31,197 bases of DNA from positions 1 to 31,197 of the IMG/VR virus record IMGVR_UViG_3300044513_003511; one strand, written 5' to 3'. Position 1 is the stretch's first letter, and every line of letters begins with the position of its first letter. Shown here piece by piece: positions 1 to 8,277 of this stretch. Under the pieces are notes generated by a model. It had not been told where the DNA came from and did not search any database. It saw nothing but the letters and a program-made list of their open reading frames with translations. Made by a program: the position numbers and the translations under genes. The DNA comes from a virus (taxonomy: Duplodnaviria; Caudoviricetes).

Positions 1-333
1 ATCGCCCGTGGAATCAAACGATTCCGACTTGCTCTTGTACTTGGCCAGTATCTCGTCCAGCTCATCTGAACGTCCGGACTTGACGATCTCTTCCTTGTAC
101 TCCAGCACCATGCTGAGTTTGGTGTTCAATCTGATCATGTCGTTGTCCAGCATGCGGATACGATCAACCAGTTTTATCAGTGTGCTCGAGGCGTCGCCCA
201 GCACGGGTTTGATCTCTTCCGTCACCCACTTCCAGATGTAGAAAACCAAGTAGCCCAGTCCCATGGCCGCGACTATGGGGAACCCGAAGTCCTTGATCAT
301 TCCGGCTATGCCACTAGTCTCGGCGAGCATCAT
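1..333 (-). CDS. YvrJ-like single-TM membrane protein, partial (runs off left edge); absent from the ORF track
   Basis: Manual translation: MMLAETSGIAGMIKDFGFPIVAAMGLGYLVFYIWKWVTEEIKPVLGDASSTLIKLVDRIRMLDNDMIRLNTKL... with no stop before base 1. GAGGGG SD precedes ATG 333/330. Shares GFPI-TM and R-x-x-x-x-x-ND features with its neighbour. Confidence 0.8.
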   Translation of the reverse strand, partial: MMLAETSGIAGMIKDFGFPIVAAMGLGYLVFYIWKWVTEEIKPVLGDASSTLIKLVDRIRMLDNDMIRLNTKLSMVLEYKEEIVKSGRSDELDEILAKYKSKSESFDSTGD

Positions 334-592
334 CTTTCCCCTCGTTGGCGGCTATTCTGTCCGCGTTTGGCCTAATCTTCAAAACGTAACTTAACAGAGC
401 ATCAATCTTTACTAGGTCGTTGTTCATGGTCTGCACCCGGTTGTCTAAGGCTCCTATTATGGCTTTAAGCGTGTTGACTGCCCCGGTCACTGAGGCCAGT
501 ATGAACTTCAGCGTGATGAACACGAAAGCGCCCGCGGCCATGGCTCCCGCTATGGGGAAACCAACTTCTGCAATCAATGTTACGAAATCCAT
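314..592 (-). CDS. YvrJ-like single-TM membrane protein (paralog of 1..333)
   Basis: MDFVTLIAEVGFPIAGAMAAGAFVF: GFPI motif, hydrophobic helix, coiled coil. Start set at ATG 592, downstream of minus-strand TAAATA 603-608. Confidence 0.75.
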   Translation of the reverse strand: MDFVTLIAEVGFPIAGAMAAGAFVFITLKFILASVTGAVNTLKAIIGALDNRVQTMNNDLVKIDALLSYVLKIRPNADRIAANEGKDDARRD

Positions 593-602
593 AATGTGCG
601 TG

Positions 603-656
603 TATTTACCAAAATCCAGATGTGCTAGTTTTATCAATTTTACCCTATCTTAAATA
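603..656. promoter_or_regulatory. Divergent late-type promoters (TAAATA on - at 603-608, on + at 651-656)
   Basis: Core of the T4-type late promoter TATAAATA; 10 and 7 nt before the ATGs at 592 (-) and 664 (+). Confidence 0.65.
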
Positions 657-663
657 CTTTTAG

Positions 664-900
664 ATGAAGTTCATTATGGTCATCCTCATATGCATCAGCG
701 GACAATGTAACAACCTGTACGAGGAACACCTGTACGACTCAAAGGAACTGTGTGAGGCCGAGGGCGCCAAGGCCAAGCAGTACATGATGGAGACCTATCC
801 AGAGAGCTCAGGTGAGATCTGGTGCTTGACCACGGACGAGTTCCAGGAATACTGGAAATATCTAGAACAGCAACAGAGACAGTCACAGCCCGACGCCTAA
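664..900 (+). CDS. Small Cys-containing, probably exported hypothetical protein
   Basis: MKFIMVILIC hydrophobic N-terminus, 4 Cys, TAAATA upstream. Confidence 0.7.
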   Translation: MKFIMVILICISGQCNNLYEEHLYDSKELCEAEGAKAKQYMMETYPESSGEIWCLTTDEFQEYWKYLEQQQRQSQPDA

Positions 901-935
901 TTTACACACCATTCTAACATCATTTAAATAACAGC
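901..935 (+). promoter_or_regulatory. Promoter for radical SAM gene: TAAATA 925-930, with possible -35 TTTACA 901-906
   Basis: TAAATA is 5 nt before ATG 936. Same geometry as the promoter at 2095-2129. Confidence 0.55.
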
Positions 936-2087
936 ATGGATTACTACTGTTCTACAAAGTTCACTGAATTGCAGGTGCACGTGCAGTCAAGGCTTCTTTA
1001 TAATTGTTGTAAAGCCTACCCCGAACGAATTGGACTTGATTGGTTGGAAAAAAATCCAGGAAAACTTTTCCACACAGACACCATGTTGCAAGATCGAGAA
1101 CTCATGCTAGAGAACAAATCCTGTGCGTCGTGCCATCATGGTTGTTACAAGTATGAGGAACAAGGACTGGTCAGCACCAGACAGGAGTATATTAATGATA
1201 AAAAAATAACAGATTCTAGAGCACCAATGAAAGATCTTGCCATATCATTAAGCAATGACTGTAACATGACCTGTATGTACTGTTCGCCGGAGTGGAGTTC
1301 ATCATGGCAAAGAGATGTAGAAAATAATGGCAATTATTTGTTAGACGGTGTTGCTACACGACAAAAGAACAACAACTGGACAACCTTGTGGAGCAAGATG
1401 AAACAGAGATCACGTGGTATGGAGTCGAGGTTCTTCAACTTGTTGCTAAACGAGATCAAATTGGCTCCGAGTCTAGACAGCATTACATTCATGGGAGGCG
1501 AACCATTATTAAACAATCAACTGACATCGGCCCTAGACGTGGCACGTGGTAAAAAGATTCGTATAGTGACAGGGCTGGGAGTCAGTCATGACAGGTTACA
1601 AAAGGTGTTGCATAAAATCAAAGGCATGGATGTCATTTTCAACATTTCAGCAGAATCCACGGGAGAACTGTTCGAACTGATACGATATGGTGTATCATGG
1701 AAAGATTTCTGTGACAGGGTCGACATGATAGAAAAAAACGGACACGAGATAAATTTCCTGTCAACGATTTCTAACCTATCAATTCTAGGGTTTGACAAGT
1801 TCTATGACATGTACAGTCAAAGACACAACATAAAGATCAATGTATTGTCTGAAACGGAATGGATGATGCCACACGTACTCGATGATCTGTCAAAAGAAAA
1901 ATTTATTGACAGCACGAAATCCAAGCACAACTTACCAGAATTCGAGACCATTACCAACATGCTAGGAATTAACCCCAAAGATAGACATCGTTCCCACATG
2001 GGCCAGTATCTCAAACAGTTCTCGTCACGTCGTTCTATCAGTCTTGATTTCCTACCTGAACACTTCCTTAAATGGTGCGGACTATAG
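936..2087 (+). CDS. Radical SAM protein with N-terminal twitch/SPASM-like Cys cluster
   Basis: CNMTCMYC (CxxxCxxC), MGGEP motif, N-terminal C...CC...CASCHHGC. Confidence 0.9.
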   Translation: MDYYCSTKFTELQVHVQSRLLYNCCKAYPERIGLDWLEKNPGKLFHTDTMLQDRELMLENKSCASCHHGCYKYEEQGLVSTRQEYINDKKITDSRAPMKDLAISLSNDCNMTCMYCSPEWSSSWQRDVENNGNYLLDGVATRQKNNNWTTLWSKMKQRSRGMESRFFNLLLNEIKLAPSLDSITFMGGEPLLNNQLTSALDVARGKKIRIVTGLGVSHDRLQKVLHKIKGMDVIFNISAESTGELFELIRYGVSWKDFCDRVDMIEKNGHEINFLSTISNLSILGFDKFYDMYSQRHNIKINVLSETEWMMPHVLDDLSKEKFIDSTKSKHNLPEFETITNMLGINPKDRHRSHMGQYLKQFSSRRSISLDFLPEHFLKWCGL

Positions 2088-2094
2088 TACCTAA

Positions 2095-2123
2095 TTGACA
2101 TTACCAACATAGTGTAGTATAAT
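2095..2123 (+). promoter_or_regulatory. Perfect sigma70 promoter (TTGACA-N17-TATAAT)
   Basis: TTGACA 2095-2100, TATAAT 2118-2123; ATG 2130 follows after 6 nt. Confidence 0.9.
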
Positions 2124-2129
2124 AACAGC

Positions 2130-3017
2130 ATGAGTAAATTTTGGATGCTGGCCAATCGTCAGACCTCACAGATGTATGAACGTGATAGGTTCATCAAAGT
2201 GGCCAAGGACATGGACATAAATTTCACCGTGGTGTTCGCGGATGAAGTAGATCTGTTGGTATCACGCGATGACAGAAGATCTATCAGATACAAAGGAGAA
2301 GCAACGGAATTGCCAGATGTGTGCCTGGCCAGGACAGGCAGTTCGACGGGTTTCTACAACCTCTCTGTGCTGAGGCAGTTGGAGAGACTGCACGTGCTGA
2401 CCTTGCCAAATTCCACGGCCATAGAATCTTCCAAGGACAAATTCTACAGCAACCAGATACTGGCGCAGGCGGGACTGCCCATACCCAAGACCATGCTGGC
2501 ACGTTTCCCGGTCTCCCATGAACTGGTGGAGAAACAGATCGGCCTGCCATGCGTGATCAAGGTGGTGACTGGTTCACACGGTGCGGGCGTCTATCTGTGC
2601 GAGACGCTGAAACAATTTTTAGACCTGCAGGAACTGATATCATCACTGGACTCCAAGAACTCCATGATCATACAGGAGTACGTGGAGGAATCCGCTGGTC
2701 GTGACCTGAGACTGATCGTGGTGGGTGGTAAGGTAATTGGGGCAATGGAGAGATCCAGCACGGACGGGAACTTCAGGGCTAATATATCAAGAGGTGGTGA
2801 GGCAAAACCGTATGCCATAGATGAGGAGATGGAGATGCTGGCGCTACAGGTGGCTAGGGTTTTGGATCTGGACGTTTGTGGTGTGGACCTGTTGTTCAAT
2901 GGTGATGGTTACAAGATATGTGAGGCCAACTCGGCCCCGGGATTCCAGGGATTCGAAAAAGCGACAGGCATCAATGTTCCGGAAAAGATATTCAAGTATG
3001 CGGGGATCAGGGTATGA
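2130..3017 (+). CDS. rimK: RimK-family ATP-grasp alpha-L-glutamate ligase
   Basis: DK..L...GLPIPKT, VIKVVTGSHGAGV, IIQEYV, GRDLR, FRANISRGG, GVDLL, EANSAPGFQG. Confidence 0.9.
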   Translation: MSKFWMLANRQTSQMYERDRFIKVAKDMDINFTVVFADEVDLLVSRDDRRSIRYKGEATELPDVCLARTGSSTGFYNLSVLRQLERLHVLTLPNSTAIESSKDKFYSNQILAQAGLPIPKTMLARFPVSHELVEKQIGLPCVIKVVTGSHGAGVYLCETLKQFLDLQELISSLDSKNSMIIQEYVEESAGRDLRLIVVGGKVIGAMERSSTDGNFRANISRGGEAKPYAIDEEMEMLALQVARVLDLDVCGVDLLFNGDGYKICEANSAPGFQGFEKATGINVPEKIFKYAGIRV

Positions 3018-3538
3018 TACACGCCATGATAGATCTAGAGACACTGGGAGTGGACCCAAGTTCAGTCATACTCACATTGGGTGGATTGAAGTTTGATCCA
3101 TATTCCTCAGAGAAGCCATACCAAGAGATGTATTTCAGGGTAGACGTGGACTCACAAACAGAGATGGGCAGAAAAGTAGACGACAACACACTGGATTGGT
3201 GGGGCAAACAGCCTACTGAAATATTTGAGGAAGCACTGGGAGAGAAAGACAGGATCTCAGTGGAAGACATGTTGAAGAGGATCAACAAGTTCGCCGTGGG
3301 AGTAGACGTGTTTTGGTGTCAAGGACCCTTGTTCGACTATGCCATACTTCAAGACATATACCGGCAGATGAGCATACCAGCACCATGGCAGTACTGGCAG
3401 ATCAGAGATTCAAGAACATTGTTCAGTCTAGTTCCAAGAGAAAAAGAAGATAGAACAGGACTACACAACGCTCTCGAAGACTGCAAGTTCCAAGCGAGAA
3501 AAGTACAGACAGTTTACAGACAGTTAGGCATCAAATAA
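3014..3538 (+). CDS. DEDDh 3'-5' exonuclease (T4 DexA / Rv2179c-like)
   Basis: MIDLETLG, WCQGPLFDYAIL, RDSRT, HNALEDC; ATGA-coupled to rimK. Confidence 0.88.
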   Translation: MIHAMIDLETLGVDPSSVILTLGGLKFDPYSSEKPYQEMYFRVDVDSQTEMGRKVDDNTLDWWGKQPTEIFEEALGEKDRISVEDMLKRINKFAVGVDVFWCQGPLFDYAILQDIYRQMSIPAPWQYWQIRDSRTLFSLVPREKEDRTGLHNALEDCKFQARKVQTVYRQLGIK

Positions 3539-3550
3539 TTTCCAATCAGG

Positions 3551-3579
3551 TTGATATCTAACATAAATTCTATTACAAT
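3551..3579 (+). promoter_or_regulatory. Sigma70-type promoter (TTGATA-N17-TACAAT)
   Basis: Intergenic; -10 ends 8 nt before ATG 3588. Confidence 0.7.
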
Positions 3580-3587
3580 ATAGAAGC

Positions 3588-3986
3588 ATGTTCAAAAAAC
3601 CTATCTACAAGAAGCCATTTGAGAAAGTCGACGCAGTCGACGAGAGCGTGTGGTTCAGCAACGACACGCCGGTCATGGAATCAGATTTCACTTTCGTTTT
3701 CGATGACAGGTATCCCTGCGTAGAGGGACACAGGTTGTTCATACCAAAGGAGAACAACTCACACTTCGTGGGCAGGTCCTACGGCATGGCTTATGATTAC
3801 GGAAATGAGCAAATTAAAAAAGGCAAGATAGCAGGATTTAACATTGGCATGAACATGGGAATACCGGCAGGGCAGACCATCATGTGGCCACACATACACT
3901 TCATACCAAGACACAAAGATGATGCCAAAGAGATAGGCGGAATGAGACACGCACACCCAGGCGCAGATCACAGAGAAAGATATTAA
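3588..3986 (+). CDS. HIT-family nucleotide hydrolase
   Basis: DRYP...GHRLFIPK, GFNIGMN..AGQTIMWPHIHFIPR (first His of the triad replaced by W). Confidence 0.85.
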   Translation: MFKKPIYKKPFEKVDAVDESVWFSNDTPVMESDFTFVFDDRYPCVEGHRLFIPKENNSHFVGRSYGMAYDYGNEQIKKGKIAGFNIGMNMGIPAGQTIMWPHIHFIPRHKDDAKEIGGMRHAHPGADHRERY

Positions 3987-4240
3987 TGACAAAGAAAGCA
4001 AGAAGGATCAATCCCATATATGTTTCGCCCGATGGAGGGGAGACTGTGTACGAGCAATTACCAAATGGTGACAGGATCCTGGTGGAACAATCACAGAAGG
4101 CCAAGGACGAGGAAACAGCATACGAGGAGTCAGAAATGGTGGGATCTGAGGCCATGGAGCTGAGACGTCAACACCCATCACTACAGAAAGCATGGGATCA
4201 ATACCGTACTATATGGCATTTAATCAACGGAAACAAGTGA
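3986..4240 (+). CDS. Hypothetical phage protein (IYxSPDGGxTVY motif)
   Basis: TAATG-coupled ORF; motif recalled from large-phage hypotheticals. Confidence 0.75.
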   Translation: MTKKARRINPIYVSPDGGETVYEQLPNGDRILVEQSQKAKDEETAYEESEMVGSEAMELRRQHPSLQKAWDQYRTIWHLINGNK

Positions 4241-4310
4241 TATGTACAACTATTCCCATTTCAATTTTACCAGCAGTATACAAACGTCTGTGTGCGTTTA
4301 ACGGGGTGAT

Positions 4311-4316
4311 TAAATA
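4311..4316 (+). promoter_or_regulatory. Late-type promoter TAAATA
   Basis: 5 nt before ATG 4322, no SD. Confidence 0.65.
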
Positions 4317-4321
4317 GCATT

Positions 4322-4957
4322 ATGACTGGCTACGTGAGTATAATAGGCAACGGTGAAAGCAGGAGGGGATTCGACATCAGTCCCTTGAAATCTTTCAGCA
4401 CAGTGATCGGATGTAACGCCATATACCGTGACTTCGTTACAGAGTATCTTGTGTGTGCAGACAAACACATGTGCCAACAGGCCGCCAATGCAGTTGGTAA
4501 AGGAACAACCATATACACCAGGAACAACTGGGCGGAACAGTTTGCGGCATGGCCCAATGTCAAAAAATTACCAGACCTTCCCTACTCGGGAGAGAAGAGA
4601 CAGGACGAACCATTCCACTGGGGCACAGGACCTTACGCAGGAGTCCTGGGATTGACCTTCAAACCCAAGGCCATATTCATGTTGGGATTTGACCTACACC
4701 CGTTAGAGAAAGACAAGATCAACAACATGTACACGGGTTCCGAAGGTTACACCTACATCAAGAGACCAGTGGATCCCAGTTACTGGATATACCAATTCCA
4801 CAAGTTGATGGGATATTCGGATCCAAGTACAAGGTGGATAGTGGTAAACCATGATCGTTGGCAAATGCCTGAAGAATGGAAAAAACATTCGAATGTATTC
4901 CAAGAGACATACGACGGCATGGCTCGATTCATCAACAAGAAGTTGACAAAAAAATAA
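4322..4957 (+). CDS. GT29/Maf(MptE)-like Rossmann-fold transferase-like protein
   Basis: IIGNGESR, IGCNAIYRD, LVCAD, IFMLGFD motifs, as in sialyltransferase/Maf-like folds. Confidence 0.65.
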   Translation: MTGYVSIIGNGESRRGFDISPLKSFSTVIGCNAIYRDFVTEYLVCADKHMCQQAANAVGKGTTIYTRNNWAEQFAAWPNVKKLPDLPYSGEKRQDEPFHWGTGPYAGVLGLTFKPKAIFMLGFDLHPLEKDKINNMYTGSEGYTYIKRPVDPSYWIYQFHKLMGYSDPSTRWIVVNHDRWQMPEEWKKHSNVFQETYDGMARFINKKLTKK

Positions 4958-4970
4958 TCTCGTATAAAAT
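4943..4970 (+). promoter_or_regulatory. Sigma70-type promoter (TTGACA-N16-TAAAAT)
   Basis: -10 ends 6 nt before ATG 4977. Confidence 0.65.
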
Positions 4971-4976
4971 TTATTC

Positions 4977-5387
4977 ATGACTAAACCAATGAAGGACCAT
5001 TTAATGGTTCAAGAGCAACTCAAGGCACCTTTTAAAAAATGGAAACACATGGTAGCCGTGATGTGTCTCAACCTCACATATAGAAAACAAGTCAAAGAGA
5101 TATTACCAAAGTTATTTAAAAAGTATCCTAACCCTGTAGCATTCATTAGGGGTAGGCAGAAGACGCAGGAGAATTTATTAAAACCTTTGGGCATGTGGAA
5201 AATAAGAACGAAAAGATTGAGGAACATGAGTGTAGAATTTCTCAGTTGGAATGGCCAGGAGGCCAGTGACCTACACGGGATCGGCAAGTACGGTTCGGAC
5301 AGTTACCAGATATTCTTCATGAATAGAATTCCACCCAACGTTCAGGACAAGGAATTGAAAAAATACATTGACAATCTAGTAGGATAG
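4977..5387 (+). CDS. MBD4-like HhH DNA glycosylase (catalytic domain only)
   Basis: W..VAVMCLNLT..KQV, LKPLGM, LHGIGKYGSDSYQIF, close to the MBD4 HhH motif LHGIGKYGNDSYRIF including the catalytic Asp. Confidence 0.85.
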   Translation: MTKPMKDHLMVQEQLKAPFKKWKHMVAVMCLNLTYRKQVKEILPKLFKKYPNPVAFIRGRQKTQENLLKPLGMWKIRTKRLRNMSVEFLSWNGQEASDLHGIGKYGSDSYQIFFMNRIPPNVQDKELKKYIDNLVG

Positions 5388-5395
5388 TTTATAAT
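5368..5395 (+). promoter_or_regulatory. Sigma70 promoter (TTGACA-N16-TATAAT)
   Basis: TTGACA 5368-5373, TATAAT 5390-5395; ATG 5402 follows after 6 nt. Confidence 0.8.
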
Positions 5396-5401
5396 AGAGA
5401 T

Positions 5402-5707
5402 ATGTTTGATAAAATAAAAGATGGAGATCTAGTTACTCTTAAACTGGCTTCGGGGGAAGAAGTCATAGCAAAATTCACGGGCAAGGCCGACACATACATC
5501 AGTATTGAGAAGGCCCTGGTGCTAATGAACGGACCACAGGGTCTGGCGTTTGGTACCTTTTTCTCCACTGCCAGACAAGACATACCGTTTGACATAGCAA
5601 CAGATAAAGTTGTGTCCATAGCACACATCAATGACAAGATCGCTGACGAGTACAACCGGGTGTTCAGCAAGATTGAGGTTCCCAAGAAACCCAGCATCAT
5701 AACCTAA
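5402..5707 (+). CDS. Conserved phage protein, probable Sm/LSm-like fold
   Basis: VTLKLASGEEVIAK followed by a beta-rich pattern; fold is inferred. Confidence 0.6.
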   Translation: MFDKIKDGDLVTLKLASGEEVIAKFTGKADTYISIEKALVLMNGPQGLAFGTFFSTARQDIPFDIATDKVVSIAHINDKIADEYNRVFSKIEVPKKPSIIT

Positions 5708-5961
5708 TGGCACACTTCGACAAACACTCCACTAGCATCAAGGCATTGGTAGATGTATCGGAGGCCATGCTGAATGCGATGGAGAAACACGGAATAGATC
5801 CAGAGACGGTGGCCAACAGGAACGAGTTCACAGTGATGATACACTTCCTCAAGAGCATCATTGATGGAGAATTAAATATACCTAACGAACTGACGGATCG
5901 CATCAGAGAAACGGCGTTCCAGATGGACATGGACCAGAAGATCGACAAGAAGTTGAATTAA
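5707..5961 (+). CDS. Hypothetical protein
   Basis: TAATG-coupled 84-aa ORF. Confidence 0.75.
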   Translation: MAHFDKHSTSIKALVDVSEAMLNAMEKHGIDPETVANRNEFTVMIHFLKSIIDGELNIPNELTDRIRETAFQMDMDQKIDKKLN

Positions 5962-5967
5962 TGGTCA

Positions 5968-6022
5968 AGAGGACTCAAAGACTTTCATCCCTCTATAAAC
6001 ACTCTGCAGGTCATCAAAGGAG
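5968..6022 (+). promoter_or_regulatory. Candidate preQ1-I-like pseudoknot riboswitch plus SD upstream of queD
   Basis: P1 AGAGG(5968-72)/CCTCT(5990-94), then ATAAA; P2 GACTT(5980-84)/AGGTC(6008-12); SD AAGGAG 6017-22. Confidence 0.5.
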
Positions 6023-6031
6023 AAACACAAG

Positions 6032-6481
6032 ATGACTTACTACTCGACCAAGACGTATGGACACAACATAGGATTAGCCTGTGTGTTCAGACAACCCAAC
6101 GCAGACCACTCACACTGCCACCTATTACATGGCTACTCACTGGCGTTCAGATTCACGTTCGGATGCAAGGAGTTAGACAACAAGAACTGGGCTGTGGACT
6201 TTGGAGGACTCAAACCCTTGAAGAAATGGTTGGAGGATCACTTCGATCACAAGACCGCAGTGGACAAGAACGATCCACACCTGGACAAACTGAAGGAACT
6301 GGAGAAACATGACCTCGCGGAGATCGTGGTGTTCGACGGTGTTGGTGCGGAGATGTTCGCCAAGCACGCCTTCGACTTCGCCGACCAATTGATCAAGGAG
6401 AAGACCGATGGCAGATGTTTCGTAGAGAGTGTGGAGTGCATGGAACACGGAGCCAACAGTGCCATCTACAGAAAAGACTAG
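6032..6481 (+). CDS. queD: 6-carboxytetrahydropterin synthase (QueD/PTPS family)
   Basis: SHCHLLHGY, VDFGGLK, FDH, GVGAEMFA, EHGANSAIY. Confidence 0.88.
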   Translation: MTYYSTKTYGHNIGLACVFRQPNADHSHCHLLHGYSLAFRFTFGCKELDNKNWAVDFGGLKPLKKWLEDHFDHKTAVDKNDPHLDKLKELEKHDLAEIVVFDGVGAEMFAKHAFDFADQLIKEKTDGRCFVESVECMEHGANSAIYRKD

Positions 6482-7604
6482 TTTCATATATGATATGGTA
6501 AGGGTGGGCCTGACAGAAAAGGCCTACTACTTCCAGGTGTACGACACGCCCTTGGGACACAGGTGGTTGGATGCACTCAAGGACAATCTAAAACAAAAGA
6601 GGATACTAGAGAAAAATTTCTGTTTCTTGGGATTTGCTGATTCGAACAGGGATTTGAATTATCTTGTACAGGAACTTAATAGTTACATAGCACAAATAAA
6701 TTCTTTTCATTTCGAACCGACATACGAAAAGATACATCCTTTCCGTGTAGATGACTTCCAATATAGTAAAAATCTACCAACGGGTCTCTGTCCGGATGGT
6801 GACGAAATGAGCAAACCAGGACTTAGGTTAAAACACGATTCCTGCAATCTGCTACACAGGTACTTCGAAGAACTGCAAGGTACCGCATGGAAACTATCAG
6901 AATATTACAAACAAGCAGATGTCAAAACAAGATACGCAATACGGCAACTAAACAACTTGTGTCATGAGATAGAGAGCTGGGTAATATCATACAGAAAAAG
7001 TATAGTAGACCCAGAATGGGTGAGACCATCACAGATCACAACATTCCTCAATGCACCCAGGTACGATTTACAACCGGAGGATTACGAACTGTTCAAACAG
7101 AACAGATACGATAGAGAACTTGGAGGAGTTTACCTGCACTGGAGTCAGGTAGGCAAGACGCTGTATGAAGTTTTCAGGGACGAACACGCACCCAAGATGA
7201 CCGATGCCTTGTGTTCGGAGATCAATCATCAAAAATACTACTCCGGTGAATTTGATGTGGAATGGGGACAGACGATTACAGAAGCAGATCACATATTTAA
7301 AAAAGAGGAGATGGACTCATACAGAGTATGGCTAGAAGAAAACAAATTCCCATGGGAAGATCCAAAACTATCATTAGGGTACATCAAGATAGGACAGGTA
7401 GATATACAAAGGACATTCGGCACAGATGCTACTGTCCAAGACATACACAATATAATGAATAATAATTTAAATATCACAAGCATAAGAACCATCACCGGTC
7501 CATCTATAGAATGTGACTACCCTTACACTCTGGAAAGTGATGATTGGAAACAGATACAAATGGAAGGACTGAAACAAGGTTATGAATCACGTAGTATGCG
7601 TTAA
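6459..7604 (+). CDS. Hypothetical protein (~380 aa)
   Basis: Long ORF. Start most likely GTG 6459 (GGAG upstream); ATG 6495 is the alternative. No family recognised. Confidence 0.75.
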   Translation: MPSTEKTSFIYDMVRVGLTEKAYYFQVYDTPLGHRWLDALKDNLKQKRILEKNFCFLGFADSNRDLNYLVQELNSYIAQINSFHFEPTYEKIHPFRVDDFQYSKNLPTGLCPDGDEMSKPGLRLKHDSCNLLHRYFEELQGTAWKLSEYYKQADVKTRYAIRQLNNLCHEIESWVISYRKSIVDPEWVRPSQITTFLNAPRYDLQPEDYELFKQNRYDRELGGVYLHWSQVGKTLYEVFRDEHAPKMTDALCSEINHQKYYSGEFDVEWGQTITEADHIFKKEEMDSYRVWLEENKFPWEDPKLSLGYIKIGQVDIQRTFGTDATVQDIHNIMNNNLNITSIRTITGPSIECDYPYTLESDDWKQIQMEGLKQGYESRSMR

Positions 7605-8277
7605 GTGGGGGAACAAGTATATTTCTAAATATGCCAATGTCTTAAACAACATGGTGAAGAGGCACACAACGGTGCCATATCAATTCCATTGTCTAACAGA
7701 TGATCCTACAGGATTGGATCCAGATATAAACGTGATCAAACTGCCAAATGATCCATGGATTAAATCATGGTGGAGCAAGTTGTGGATGTTCGCACCCGAG
7801 ATGCCGTTAAAAGGCAACATACTTTTCTTTGATCTGGACGTTGTAATATTTGACAACATAGATCCGTTATTCACGCACACGGGCAAGTTCAACATCATAA
7901 GAGACTTCAACAGGTGCAGGGTCAAAGATTGGAAACTGAGCAACAGCAGTTGTATGCGTTGGCAGTCAGGCACCATGCATTACCTGTGGGACGAATTCAA
8001 GGACAGGTCTGCACAGATCATGCAATCAAATCACGGAGACCAAGACTGGATAACCAAGAGGGCCAAGGATGACATCTCATGGTTCCCTGATGAATGGATC
8101 AGAAGTTACAAGTGGGAGATGATAGGACTCAAGGACACAAAGTTGTTGACCAAGGACGGCAAGAAGTGGTTCAGAGAACCTGTGAAAATCAAGCCAGGCA
8201 ACAGAGTGGCTGTATTCCACGGATCTCCTAATCCGATGGAGTGTAGTGACCAATGGGTCATAGACAATTGGAAATGA
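7582..8277 (+). CDS. GT-A fold glycosyltransferase (GT8-like)
   Basis: CVKWG, CLTDD, WWSKL, FFDLDVVI (DxD), NSSCM, GDQDWI, VFHGSPNP. Confidence 0.85.
   Translation: MNHVVCVKWGNKYISKYANVLNNMVKRHTTVPYQFHCLTDDPTGLDPDINVIKLPNDPWIKSWWSKLWMFAPEMPLKGNILFFDLDVVIFDNIDPLFTHTGKFNIIRDFNRCRVKDWKLSNSSCMRWQSGTMHYLWDEFKDRSAQIMQSNHGDQDWITKRAKDDISWFPDEWIRSYKWEMIGLKDTKLLTKDGKKWFREPVKIKPGNRVAVFHGSPNPMECSDQWVIDNWK

Noticed and set aside
4237-4317. Mini-ORFs (19 aa from ATG 4242; 26 aa from GTG 4237) and a weak AAACG/CGTTT hairpin
   Set aside because: Too short, with no supporting motif; cannot be told from chance.
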